From an uncultured Clostridiaceae bacterium (GTDB taxonomy: Bacteria > Bacillota > Clostridia > Monoglobales > Firm-18), in assembly GCA_964455565.1 (NCBI GenBank), contig CAYVWT010000002.1, positions 1-40,391 of the forward strand: a stretch of 40,391 nt of DNA, in the 5' to 3' direction. The notes under the pieces were generated by a model that saw only the letters and a program-made list of their open reading frames with translations, had not been told where the DNA came from and made no database searches. Position 1 is the stretch's first letter; the number at the start of each line of letters is the position of its first letter. The position numbers and the translations under genes are program-made. Positions 29,111 to 38,455 of this stretch are shown here, in pieces.

Positions 29111-29928
29111 ATTTTTGAAGTAAACCTTTCTTTATATGTGCATTTTCTGCATAGCTCCTCTGTTGCATGCCTGCGTGAAAAATTTTCTGCCATTAACCTT
29201 GCCCGAGGGCTGTTTATAATATCAGCAAAGCTGTTTTCGTATATATTTCCAAGGGCAATAACCCCCTCGCTATCCAAACAGCACGGAACAACCGTTCCAC
29301 AAACCAAAATCCCAACCTGAGAGCGCATACCATAGCAAAAACCTCTGTTTGAAATATGTGGCATATCAAGGCTTGGCCAGTCAAACTGTTCTGCTTGGCT
29401 TAAAAAAACATTATCCTTAAGCTTTGTGCTGCGCTGAATGTTGATGCTATCTAAGTTAAATTCTTTCATTAAGTACAACTTTGTGTAGTCGTTTTCATCA
29501 CTTGCCACCCATTGACGAAGCACAACAACAGTTGGAGTTTTTTCTGTTATTTCCCTTGCGAAATCAGTTACACTTTGCAAATATTGCTGTGGGTTATCAC
29601 TTTCAAAGCTGTGAAGCGAAATATTAATCTGCCGAACAGGGTTATTTATAAGAATTTCCTTATTTTGCTTTAAAAGAGTGCCGTTTGTTGTTATGTCAAC
29701 CTTAATGCTGTTTTCGGCACATAGCCTTAAAATATTAGAAAGCTGTGGGTGAAGCATTGGCTCTCCCTTAATATGCAGGTAAATATGGCTACCAAAAGGC
29801 TTTATTTGTCCTAAAATATATTCAAATTTATCTATTGAAATAAATTCTCTTTTGCGTGTAACCTCCGAGCAAAAGCTACAATTTAGGTTGCACACATTTG
29901 TTATCTCAACATATACCTTTTTAAACAT
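29107..29928 (-). CDS. Radical SAM protein with C-terminal SPASM/twitch-like domain
   Basis: EITNVCNLNCSFC (CxxxCxxC), GEP.LHP, TTNG; C-terminal CYG...GTVVPCC.D...LGNI...CRKC. Confidence 0.9.
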   Translation of the reverse strand: MFKKVYVEITNVCNLNCSFCSEVTRKREFISIDKFEYILGQIKPFGSHIYLHIKGEPMLHPQLSNILRLCAENSIKVDITTNGTLLKQNKEILINNPVRQINISLHSFESDNPQQYLQSVTDFAREITEKTPTVVVLRQWVASDENDYTKLYLMKEFNLDSINIQRSTKLKDNVFLSQAEQFDWPSLDMPHISNRGFCYGMRSQVGILVCGTVVPCCLDSEGVIALGNIYENSFADIINSPRARLMAENFSRRHATEELCRKCTYKERFTSKI

Positions 29929-31195
29929 CCTCCTTCCTCATTTTGCAGATATAAAAGCCATCACAATTATTTTCGCTTGGCAAGAGTGTGGTTTCTTCTA
30001 ATATTTCAAAAGGGTTATTTTTAATAAATTCTTTGGTAATACCCTCATTTTCGTCCTTGTTAATTGTACAGGTAGAATAAACCAAAATACCGTTTGGCTT
30101 TAAATATTTTGCAGATATTTCAATGATTTTCTTTTGCATTTTCATTATTTCCAGTATATCATCAGGGGTTTTAGTCCATTTTATATCCGGCTTTTTGCGA
30201 ATAATTCCAAGACCACTGCAAGGCACATCTGCAAGAACTTTGTCTGCCTTTTCAATATAGGCATTATTCAAAATGGTTGCATCACTAATTTGTGCATTTA
30301 TTGATGTAATTCCAAGGCGTTTCGCATTTTTTTGTATCAATTCAATTTTGTGTGGGTGTATGTCAAAAGCTAATATGCTTGCTTTATCCTCTGACATTTC
30401 GGCCATTTGTGTTGCCTTGCCACCAGGCGCAGCGCACACATCTATAATAAGCTCGTTTTTTTGTGGGGAAATAGCCCTTGCAGATAGATAAGCGCCAGCA
30501 TCTTGCACAGTAAACAAACCATTTTTAAATTCATCAAGAGTCGAAATATCACCGAATTTTGCAATTTCAATTATATTTTCAATGCTTGTTTTGGTAACGA
30601 TTACTCCTTTTTCAGAAAGCGCCTTACATAGCCCATCTGCTGTTGTTTTAAGGGTATTTACCCTAACGGTAACTGGTGGGTTTATGTTGTTTGCGATTAA
30701 AATTTCCTTTGCGTGCGCATCACCATATTGCGTGCAAATTAAATCAACAAGCCACGCAGGGTGGGAATAATAAATACATAGTCCATCTTGTCCTTTTGGA
30801 TATTCAACGTCACCTGTGCGTGAAACCGAGCGAAGCACCCCATTAACAAAGCCAGAGGATGCCTTATGACCATAGCGTTTTGCAAGGGTTACACTTTCAT
30901 TAACAGCCGCAGAATGCGGAATTTTATCAAGAAAAATCATTTGATACACGCCAATTCTAATTGCGTTTAGTATCCAAATTGATAACTTTTTAAGCTTTTG
31001 TGAGCTATATGTTTGAATTATAAAATCAATACGAGATTTATTTTTAATAACGCCATAAACAAGCTCGGTTGTAAACGCCCTATCCTGTGGAGAAAGCTCT
31101 GCAAATGGCAGGGCTTTTTTAAGTGCCTTATCGCTGTATGCTCCGTTTTTTTCAACCTCATATAAAATTTTCAACGCACATTCTCGTGAAGTCAT
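29921..31195 (-). CDS. rsmB: 16S rRNA m5C967 methyltransferase RsmB (Sun)
   Basis: NusB-like N-terminus; YSHP.W, VQD, DVCAAPGGK, DVPCSGLG..R.KPDI, YSTCT. Confidence 0.95.
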   Translation of the reverse strand: MTSRECALKILYEVEKNGAYSDKALKKALPFAELSPQDRAFTTELVYGVIKNKSRIDFIIQTYSSQKLKKLSIWILNAIRIGVYQMIFLDKIPHSAAVNESVTLAKRYGHKASSGFVNGVLRSVSRTGDVEYPKGQDGLCIYYSHPAWLVDLICTQYGDAHAKEILIANNINPPVTVRVNTLKTTADGLCKALSEKGVIVTKTSIENIIEIAKFGDISTLDEFKNGLFTVQDAGAYLSARAISPQKNELIIDVCAAPGGKATQMAEMSEDKASILAFDIHPHKIELIQKNAKRLGITSINAQISDATILNNAYIEKADKVLADVPCSGLGIIRKKPDIKWTKTPDDILEIMKMQKKIIEISAKYLKPNGILVYSTCTINKDENEGITKEFIKNNPFEILEETTLLPSENNCDGFYICKMRKEDV

Positions 31196-32118
31196 AAGTT
31201 TTCTCCTAAAATTGTACCTATTTCAAGCTGATGCCCTCGCAAAAATTCATCTGCTTGCATACGCTTTTTTCCCTCTAATTGAAGCTCAGTAATAATAATT
31301 GCGCCACCATCACACGCAACAGTTAAACCATTATTAATGCCAATAATTTCACCGTTTTTTCCATTTCCTGTTGTTATTTTTGCACTATATATTTTAAGCG
31401 ATTTATCCTTATATTTTGTATGTGCTGTTGGGAATGGGTTCATTCCACGAATTAAATTTATAATGTTTTGTGGAGTTTCATTCCAGTCTATTTTGCAACT
31501 ATCTTTTGTTAACATTGAAGCATAGCAGGAAAGGGAATCATCTTGTTTTTGTGGCGTAATTCCCCCTTTTTCTAAACATTCAAGTGTATCAAGTAAAACC
31601 TTTGGGCTAATCTCACAAAATTTATCGTGAAGCTCCCCTGCAGTCATAGTTTCGGTTATTTCAACCTCGCCTTTAAGCAGCATATCACCAGTATCAAGCC
31701 CAACGTCCATCTGCATTGTGGTAACACCACTAACCCGCTCGCCATTCACTATTACCCATTGAATAGGCGCCGCACCACGGTATTTAGGCAGTAGCGAAGC
31801 ATGCACATTAATACACCCATATTTAGGATAATCTATAACATATTTAGGCAAAATTTTGCCATAAGCAACAACTACAATAACGTCTGGCTTATACATTTCT
31901 AAAACCTCTAAAAATGCACCATCTTTAAGGGTTTGTGGCTGATAAACATCAATATTTAATTGTAGTGCAAGCTCCTTAACAGGAGGGAAAGCCATTTTTT
32001 GCCCTCTGCCCTTTGGCTTGTCCGTTTGGGTAACCACGCAAACAACATTATGCTTTTCTATAAGTGATTTAAGGCAACTCACAGCAATATCTGGTGTGCC
32101 CATAAACATTATATTCAT
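31192..32118 (-). CDS. fmt: Methionyl-tRNA formyltransferase
   Basis: [33 protein letters not shown]. Confidence 0.97.
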   Translation of the reverse strand: MNIMFMGTPDIAVSCLKSLIEKHNVVCVVTQTDKPKGRGQKMAFPPVKELALQLNIDVYQPQTLKDGAFLEVLEMYKPDVIVVVAYGKILPKYVIDYPKYGCINVHASLLPKYRGAAPIQWVIVNGERVSGVTTMQMDVGLDTGDMLLKGEVEITETMTAGELHDKFCEISPKVLLDTLECLEKGGITPQKQDDSLSCYASMLTKDSCKIDWNETPQNIINLIRGMNPFPTAHTKYKDKSLKIYSAKITTGNGKNGEIIGINNGLTVACDGGAIIITELQLEGKKRMQADEFLRGHQLEIGTILGENL

Positions 32119-32591
32119 TCCTTGTCCTCCGTATCCTTGTCTTGCTCCACATACTCGGTCACAAGCTCAACAAAAAGGTGTCCGTCAAGGTGGTCGATTT
32201 CGTGGCACAGGGCACGAGCAAGAAGGTCCTCACCAGTTATTTCAAATATTTCGCCATTTCTGTTTTTTGCACGAACTGTAACAGTTTTAGGGCGCAGGAC
32301 ATACCCATATTTCCCGGGAACACTAAGGCAACCCTCTAAATCATTAACCACACCAAGCTGTTTTATTATTTCTGGGTTTATAAGCTCAATAAGCCCCTCG
32401 CCAGCATCAATAGTAACCACTCTTTTAAGCACGCCAACCTGTGAGGCAGCAAGCCCAACACCGTTAGAAGCATACATAGTATCTGCCATATCGTCAAGCA
32501 GGGTTAAGATTTTAGAATCTATATCCTCTACCACTCTGCATTTTTTGTTTAATACCTCATCACCAATTTTAACAATATTTCGCATCGCCAT
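32115..32591 (-). CDS. def: Peptide deformylase
   Basis: GVGLAA.Q, EGCLS, HEIDHL.G. Confidence 0.97.
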   Translation of the reverse strand: MAMRNIVKIGDEVLNKKCRVVEDIDSKILTLLDDMADTMYASNGVGLAASQVGVLKRVVTIDAGEGLIELINPEIIKQLGVVNDLEGCLSVPGKYGYVLRPKTVTVRAKNRNGEIFEITGEDLLARALCHEIDHLDGHLFVELVTEYVEQDKDTEDKE

Positions 32592-32610
32592 TTTTTTGCC
32601 TCCACTCGTA

Positions 32611-35028
32611 CTAATTCATATTATTTGGGTTTATATCTATTGTAAGTAAATTATATTTTTTTGTATGCTCTATAATTATATTATGCAAAACAGGTAGAAT
32701 TTCCTCAATATTTTGGCATTTTATAAGAATTCGCCATCTGTATTTATTCTTAATTTTAGCATAAGGTGCAGGCACAGGCCCTAAAATTTGAATGTTCAAG
32801 CATTTTAATTTTTCTGCAATCTGCATAAGGTCAAATTGCACGCTTTTTTCGTCATTTCCCTGCATAAGTATCATAACAAGGTCACAAAATGGTGGAAAAT
32901 TAAGCTGTCTACGAATGTTTATTTCGTGGTTGTAAAATGAAACATAGTCGTGATTTTTCGCAAGCTGAACAGCATAATGCTCTGGCTGATAGGTTTGCAC
33001 AATCGCACGACCAGATAAATCTCCTCGCCCTGCACGCCCACATACCTGTGTAAGCTGACTAAATGTGCGCTCTGCCGCACGGAAATCGTCTATATTAAGT
33101 GATAAATCTGCAACCAAAACTCCAACTAACGTAACATTTGGAAAGTCTAAACCCTTTGTAACCATTTGTGTGCCAAGTAGAATGGGTATATTTTCACGCT
33201 CGAACCTATTTAAAATAATTTCGTGCGAATTCTTTCCTGCTGTGGTGTCTGCGTCCATTCTAATAAAGGATTTTATGCCAAAAAGGCTAATAATTTCCTC
33301 CTCTATTTTTTCTGTGCCTGTGCCAACAAAGCGAATATGACTGCTATTGCACGTGGGGCACGTTGTAACATTTTCACGCTCGAACCCACAATAATGGCAT
33401 TTAAGCTGACCTGTGTGCTTGTGGAATGTAAGGGTTACGCTACAATTATCACACATAAGAGATTCCCCACAGGTGCGACACATAACAAAGCTATTAAAAC
33501 CACGCCTGTTGTGAAAAAGTATTGTTTGTTGCCCATTTTCAAGGTTTTTTTCAATCTCGCCCTTTAATTTTAGGCTAAAAACACTCCTATTTCCATTTTG
33601 TAATTCATTCCTCATATCCACTATTTCAACGTGTGGCAGGCTTGCAAAATTATGCCTGCTGTGCATTTCAAATAATTTATATTCACCAGTTTTTGCCCTG
33701 TAATAGCTGTCAATTGATGGCGTAGCCGAGGCGAAAATAACCATTGCGCCCTCGTTTTTACTGCGAAATATTGCAACCTCTTTTGCGTTATAATGTGGAG
33801 TACTTTCAGATTTATACGTTCCCTCTTGCTCCTCATCAATTATAATTATGCCCAAATTTTCAAAGGGTGCAAAAATGGCAGACCTCGCACCAACAGCAAC
33901 TTGGACTGAGCCACTGCGAATTTTGCTCCATTCGTCATACCTCTCACCAAGCGAAAGACCACTATGTAAAACGGAAACCTGCTTGCCAAACCTCGCAACA
34001 AAGCGTGAAACCATTTGTGGAGTAAGCGAAATTTCAGGAACAAGGACAATTGCCTGCTCTCCCTTTGATATAATATGCTCTATAATTTGCAAAAAAACCT
34101 CTGTCTTGCCACTACCAGTTACACCTTTAAGCAAAATTGGTGTCAATTCTTTAGTATCTGCCGAATGTTTAAGGTTAGATAACACAGCTAATTGCTCGTC
34201 AGTTGGTGTAAGTGAGGTCGTCTTTGCGTAATTTTCTTCGTCATAAGCATTGCGGTGGATTATTTTATCCTCGTAGGCTACTAAGCCTTTTAAATGTAGG
34301 GAATTAACTGCTGTATATGAGCCACCAGAAAATGCCACTAAATCGGCAACTGAAATCAAGCCAGTTTGTCGCAAAATTTCAAGCATTTTAGCCTGCTTTG
34401 GTGCTTTTTTATGTAGCAAATGAATGCTGTCTGCAATTTCGTCATAGGTGGTTGTTATGTCAACCATTCTAATTTTTTTGCTCCTTACATTTTGCGCTGT
34501 GGATTCATCAAGTGAAACAATTCCCTTTTCTGCAAGGGCTTTAATTGCTATGCGTGCAGAGGATATATCGGCTATCGAGCCAAAATCCAAAGTCCCCCCT
34601 GCCTCTATAAGCCGAAGAATAATATTTTTTTTGGTGGCAGATTTGCCACAGGTTTTTTCTATATCAATATTTGAATTTATAAGTGTTATCCATTCGGTAG
34701 TTTTAACAGAAATGCCAGACGGCATAACGGATTTTAGCGCTTGGTAGTATGTGCAAAGGTATTTTTTGCGCATCCAAAGTGCAAGGTCACAAAGCCCATT
34801 TGTGCAAAGTGGCGCAGTGTCTAAAACAGTCGCAATATTTTTTAATTTTGTGTAAATGCTCTCATTTACAAAGCCCACAATTATACCCTCGGCAGTTTTG
34901 TTCCCCATACCAAAAGGCACAAGAACTCGTGAGCCAACCGACACGGAAACTTCATTTGGCACATTATAGTGAAATATTCTGTCGAGCTCTCTTGAAGCGT
35001 TAGCAATAACTATTTTTGCTATTTGCAA
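32611..35028 (-). CDS. priA: Primosomal protein N' (replication-restart helicase)
   Basis: [33 protein letters not shown], four CxxC motifs, GTQM..KGLDF, GRAGR. Confidence 0.97.
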   Translation of the reverse strand: MQIAKIVIANASRELDRIFHYNVPNEVSVSVGSRVLVPFGMGNKTAEGIIVGFVNESIYTKLKNIATVLDTAPLCTNGLCDLALWMRKKYLCTYYQALKSVMPSGISVKTTEWITLINSNIDIEKTCGKSATKKNIILRLIEAGGTLDFGSIADISSARIAIKALAEKGIVSLDESTAQNVRSKKIRMVDITTTYDEIADSIHLLHKKAPKQAKMLEILRQTGLISVADLVAFSGGSYTAVNSLHLKGLVAYEDKIIHRNAYDEENYAKTTSLTPTDEQLAVLSNLKHSADTKELTPILLKGVTGSGKTEVFLQIIEHIISKGEQAIVLVPEISLTPQMVSRFVARFGKQVSVLHSGLSLGERYDEWSKIRSGSVQVAVGARSAIFAPFENLGIIIIDEEQEGTYKSESTPHYNAKEVAIFRSKNEGAMVIFASATPSIDSYYRAKTGEYKLFEMHSRHNFASLPHVEIVDMRNELQNGNRSVFSLKLKGEIEKNLENGQQTILFHNRRGFNSFVMCRTCGESLMCDNCSVTLTFHKHTGQLKCHYCGFERENVTTCPTCNSSHIRFVGTGTEKIEEEIISLFGIKSFIRMDADTTAGKNSHEIILNRFERENIPILLGTQMVTKGLDFPNVTLVGVLVADLSLNIDDFRAAERTFSQLTQVCGRAGRGDLSGRAIVQTYQPEHYAVQLAKNHDYVSFYNHEINIRRQLNFPPFCDLVMILMQGNDEKSVQFDLMQIAEKLKCLNIQILGPVPAPYAKIKNKYRWRILIKCQNIEEILPVLHNIIIEHTKKYNLLTIDINPNNMN

Positions 35029-36215
35029 ATATTATCAATCCCTTTTGCCCTATTTAATATTTCATTTGCGAGTGCCTCTTTTGTCATTAGTGGCAGGGCT
35101 TCAACTTCTCCATTTTTGTGAAAAATTTTAACTATATTTGTGTCCACGCCAAAGCCTGCACCCTCTTGCGTTAAATCATTTGCAACTATGAAATCAGCAT
35201 TTTTATTTATAAGCTTTTGTGTGGCATTTTGCGTTAAATCGTGTGTTTCCATACAAAAACCAACAAGCGTAAATTTTTTATTCTTGCCAAGCTCCTGCAA
35301 TATATCGATATTTTTTTCAAGCTCAATTGTTGTAAATTTATCTTTTTTCAGCTTACCATTTGCTGAATTTTTAACATAAAAATCACCAACTGCTGCGGCT
35401 TTAATTATAATATCTGCGGTTTTGGAGCTTTTCATAACCTCGGCATACATTTCCATTGCACTGTCGATATAAACTGTTTCAATTCCACTAATTTTTGGCA
35501 AATTTACTCGCCCACTAATAAGTGTAACCCTTGCGCCACGCCTTTTTGCAACCTGTGCTAACGCATAGCCCATTTTACCTGATGAATGATTGGTTACAAA
35601 GCGAACATCATCAATTTTTTCACGTGTAGGCCCTGCTGTTATAACAATATTTTTGCCTAATAAATCTTTTTCATAAAGGGCATATTCAATAACCGTGCTT
35701 ATAATTTCATCAACCTCTGCAAGCCTGCCCTTGCCATCTACTCCACAGGCTAAGCGCCCATAAGCTGGCTCTATAAAAACATAACCCAAGCTATTCAGAG
35801 CGTTAATATTGCGCTGAACGATAGGGTTAGCATACATATTACAATTCATTGCAGGGGCAAAAATAACCTTGCCATGCGTTGCCATAACGGTTGTTGTAAG
35901 AAAATCGTCTGCAATTCCGTTTGCCACCTTGCCAATAACATTTGCAGTTGCAGGAACGATTAGCATAATATCTGCTGAATTTGCAAAGGAAATATGCTCA
36001 ATATCCCAATTACTCTGTTTTTCAAACATATCTGTTGCAACGTTATTTTGCGAAAGGCTTTGCAGGGTTAGTGGCGAAATAAACTGTTGGGCAGATTTCG
36101 TCATACACACCCGAACATTTGCGCCCAGCTTTTTAAGACGGCTGGTAATATCCGCCGCCTTGTATGCCGCAATGCCCCCACATACGCCTATGACAATAGT
36201 CTTGCCACTAAGCAT
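35019..36215 (-). CDS. coaBC: Bifunctional phosphopantothenoylcysteine decarboxylase/synthetase (likely start ATG 36215; alternatives 36224 and 36233)
   Basis: GGIAAYK, PATAN, PAMN..M, LACG..G.GR, TAGPT.E.ID.VR...N.SSGKMG, VAND. Confidence 0.96.
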   Translation of the reverse strand: MLSGKTIVIGVCGGIAAYKAADITSRLKKLGANVRVCMTKSAQQFISPLTLQSLSQNNVATDMFEKQSNWDIEHISFANSADIMLIVPATANVIGKVANGIADDFLTTTVMATHGKVIFAPAMNCNMYANPIVQRNINALNSLGYVFIEPAYGRLACGVDGKGRLAEVDEIISTVIEYALYEKDLLGKNIVITAGPTREKIDDVRFVTNHSSGKMGYALAQVAKRRGARVTLISGRVNLPKISGIETVYIDSAMEMYAEVMKSSKTADIIIKAAAVGDFYVKNSANGKLKKDKFTTIELEKNIDILQELGKNKKFTLVGFCMETHDLTQNATQKLINKNADFIVANDLTQEGAGFGVDTNIVKIFHKNGEVEALPLMTKEALANEILNRAKGIDNICK

Positions 36216-36474
36216 TTCTAGCATCTCTGGCATCTTTTATATCTTTAGCCTCTCTGCCATAATATACTTTTACTTGCTTGTCAGATGCTTCGTCAAAGGT
36301 TATTGACGAATTGTAAATCTCGTTTATTGCAATAGTAACAGGCTTGTCGTTGTTACATTTTACAAGTGGCTCTGCGCCCTCTACAAGCTCTCTTGCACGT
36401 TTTGCAGTTGCAACAACAAGTGAATATCTGCTGTCAACCTTTTCCATTAACTTACTTAGTGAAGGATAAATCAT
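36208..36474 (-). CDS. rpoZ: RNA polymerase omega subunit
   Basis: MIYPS...L..KVDSRYSLV...AKRAREL...KPVTIAI.EI; between gmk and coaBC. Confidence 0.94.
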   Translation of the reverse strand: MIYPSLSKLMEKVDSRYSLVVATAKRARELVEGAEPLVKCNNDKPVTIAINEIYNSSITFDEASDKQVKVYYGREAKDIKDARDARNA

Positions 36475-37103
36475 AATCCCAGCTCCTTTTTTATGTGTGT
36501 AATACAGTGGTTTTTGCGACAGTTTTCTGCCACAATTATTGATTTAATCTGCTTTGCTGCACCCTCGACTGTGTCATTAACAACTATATAATCGTAATGG
36601 TCGATAAGGTCAAATTCCTCATACGCCCTTTTAAGGCGCTTTTGAACAAGCTCGTCTGTTTCGGTACCACGCCCACGCAGACGGTCTTCAAGGTCGGCAA
36701 GTGTTGGAGGAACAACAAAAATCATAACCGTTTCAGGGTATTTTTGCTTAATATTCATACCACCTTGAACCTCTATCTCTAAAACAACATTTTCCCCATT
36801 TTCAAGATGTCGCATACACGGTGCAAATGGCGTGCCGTATGTACTTGTAATATAATGCGCATATTCTAAAAGCTCATCATTTGCAATCATATCGTCAAAT
36901 TCCTGCTGAGTTTTAAAATAATAATGTACACCGTCAATCTCGCCAACTCTCGGTGCTCGTGACGTTGCAGAAATAGACAGGAAAATGTCTGAATTATTTT
37001 TTACAAGCTCGGCGCAAACCGTGCCCTTGCCAACGCCAGAAGGCCCAGAAACAACAAGCATAACGCCCTTTACACCCTCATTGCATAGGTTATTCGTGCT
37101 CAT
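36471..37103 (-). CDS. gmk: Guanylate kinase (likely start ATG 37103)
   Basis: [42 protein letters not shown]. Confidence 0.96.
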   Translation of the reverse strand: MSTNNLCNEGVKGVMLVVSGPSGVGKGTVCAELVKNNSDIFLSISATSRAPRVGEIDGVHYYFKTQQEFDDMIANDELLEYAHYITSTYGTPFAPCMRHLENGENVVLEIEVQGGMNIKQKYPETVMIFVVPPTLADLEDRLRGRGTETDELVQKRLKRAYEEFDLIDHYDYIVVNDTVEGAAKQIKSIIVAENCRKNHCITHIKKELGL

Positions 37104-37350
37104 CGGCCGTGCCCCCCTTAGAGCCCATTCTGTGTGCAACCGTTTCTGGTTGAACAGCGCTAAGAATTATATGGTCACTATCTGCAATTATTACTGCTCT
37201 TGTACGCCTGCCACAGGTTGCGTCAATTAACATTCCACTATCCTTTGCCTCTTGAATAATCCTGCGAATAGGCGCAGAATCTGGGCTAACTATGGCAATT
37301 ATACGGCTTGCAGATGCAATATTACCAAAACCAATATTTATTAACTTCAT
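37090..37350 (-). CDS. remA: RemA (YlzA, DUF370) regulator
   Basis: LINIGFGN.....[38 protein letters not shown]. Confidence 0.93.
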   Translation of the reverse strand: MKLINIGFGNIASASRIIAIVSPDSAPIRRIIQEAKDSGMLIDATCGRRTRAVIIADSDHIILSAVQPETVAHRMGSKGGTADEHE

Positions 37351-37370
37351 TATTTATCTCCATTTCTGCT

Positions 37371-37516
37371 ACGGTCGAAATGAATTCTCCCTTGCATAAC
37401 CAAAAAGTTATACAATAACTTTTTTATGGGATAAATTTCATTTAATTCGCCCGTGCCATTTATTTTTTAGTGCCTAAAAAATAGGCACATGGTCAAAGTC
37501 TTTCAGACTTACACCA
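37371..37516. other. Three tandem hairpins filling the yicC-remA spacer (structured RNA or palindromic repeat element)
   Basis: 84-nt imperfect hairpin 37371-37454; hairpin 37453-37488; hairpin 37490-37516. Confidence 0.6.
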
Positions 37517-37517
37517 C

Positions 37518-38396
37518 CTATTCAATATTTTGCAATTGCTCACGAATTTTTTCAAGCTCTGATTTTATATTTACAACAATTTTTGCAATATCAAGGTTGT
37601 TTGATTTTGAGCCAATTGTGTTAATTTCTCTGTTCATTTCTTGCAAAAGAAAATCAAGCTTTCTGCCAACTGCCTCGCCCTGCCCCATTATAAGGTCGAA
37701 TTCATCTAAATGACTGCTTAGGCGAATTATTTCCTCTGTAATAGATAATTTATCAGCGTAAATAGCAGTTTCTGTAAGCAATCTATTTTCGTCGATAGTT
37801 GCATTTGCAAGCAGCTCACGAATTCTTTGCTCTATTTTTTCACGATACTCTATAACAGTTTGTGGCGCTATTTCCTCTATGCGTTTAAGCTCATTTCGTA
37901 TTAAATTATTCCTCATTAGCATATCGTTTGCAAGTTTTTCACCCTCACGAGTTCGCATTTCTAAAAAGCCTTCAAGTGCAGAATCTAAAACAGCTATAAC
38001 CATATTTAAAATTTGGCTCTCGTCCTCGTCCTTGTGCTTAACATCGAAAATATCGTTATACCTTGCAACGGTAGAAACGCTTATATCATCCTTAATTCCA
38101 AAATCGGTAGCCAAGGTGCGAAGTGCCGTTATGTAGCTTTCGGCAAGTGAGGAGTTAAGCAAAATCTCCTTGCTATCGTCAACAGTTTTGTATACTGAAA
38201 TAAATACATCAACCTTGCCCCTTGAAATGTTTTTTTGCAGGTGGGACTTAACTTTTTCCTCTAAAAAGCTATAAAATTTAGGAACTCGAATGTTATAATC
38301 AGAATATCTGTGGTTTACAGATTTAATCTCAACAGACACATCAAAATTATCAATTGTTTGCTCATTCCTGCCGTATCCTGTCATACTTCGTATCAT
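37518..38396 (-). CDS. yicC: YicC/YloC family endoribonuclease
   Basis: MIRSMTGYG, EIKSVNHRY, RGKV, EEI.RL.SH, GRKLDFL.QEMNRE.NTIGSK, EKIREQ.QNIE. Confidence 0.95.
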   Translation of the reverse strand: MIRSMTGYGRNEQTIDNFDVSVEIKSVNHRYSDYNIRVPKFYSFLEEKVKSHLQKNISRGKVDVFISVYKTVDDSKEILLNSSLAESYITALRTLATDFGIKDDISVSTVARYNDIFDVKHKDEDESQILNMVIAVLDSALEGFLEMRTREGEKLANDMLMRNNLIRNELKRIEEIAPQTVIEYREKIEQRIRELLANATIDENRLLTETAIYADKLSITEEIIRLSSHLDEFDLIMGQGEAVGRKLDFLLQEMNREINTIGSKSNNLDIAKIVVNIKSELEKIREQLQNIE

Positions 38397-38427
38397 ATTA
38401 TTCCCCCTAAGTTTACATACATACTTT

Positions 38428-38455
38428 ATTATATCACAAAAATAGGATTAGCGAA
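38428..38455 (-). promoter_or_regulatory. Probable SigA promoter of the yicC operon, overlapping the MTase 3' end
   Basis: Minus TTCGCT-16-TATAAT with TGn; the MTase stop codon lies within the -10 hexamer. Confidence 0.55.

Noticed and set aside
32122-32649. 175-aa plus-strand ORF, and the many other 60-145-aa antisense or alternate-frame ORFs
   Set aside because: They lie on well-conserved genes (def, dnaN, priA, coaBC, gyrAB etc.) and have shadow-frame composition
35616-35631. CACGTG-centred parS-like sequence in coaBC
   Set aside because: TTTTTCACGTGTAGGC has too many mismatches
37371-37516. 6S RNA, SRP RNA, tRNA or CRISPR identity for the hairpin cluster
   Set aside because: No single rod with a central bubble, SRP loop motif, cloverleaf or repeat-spacer periodicity
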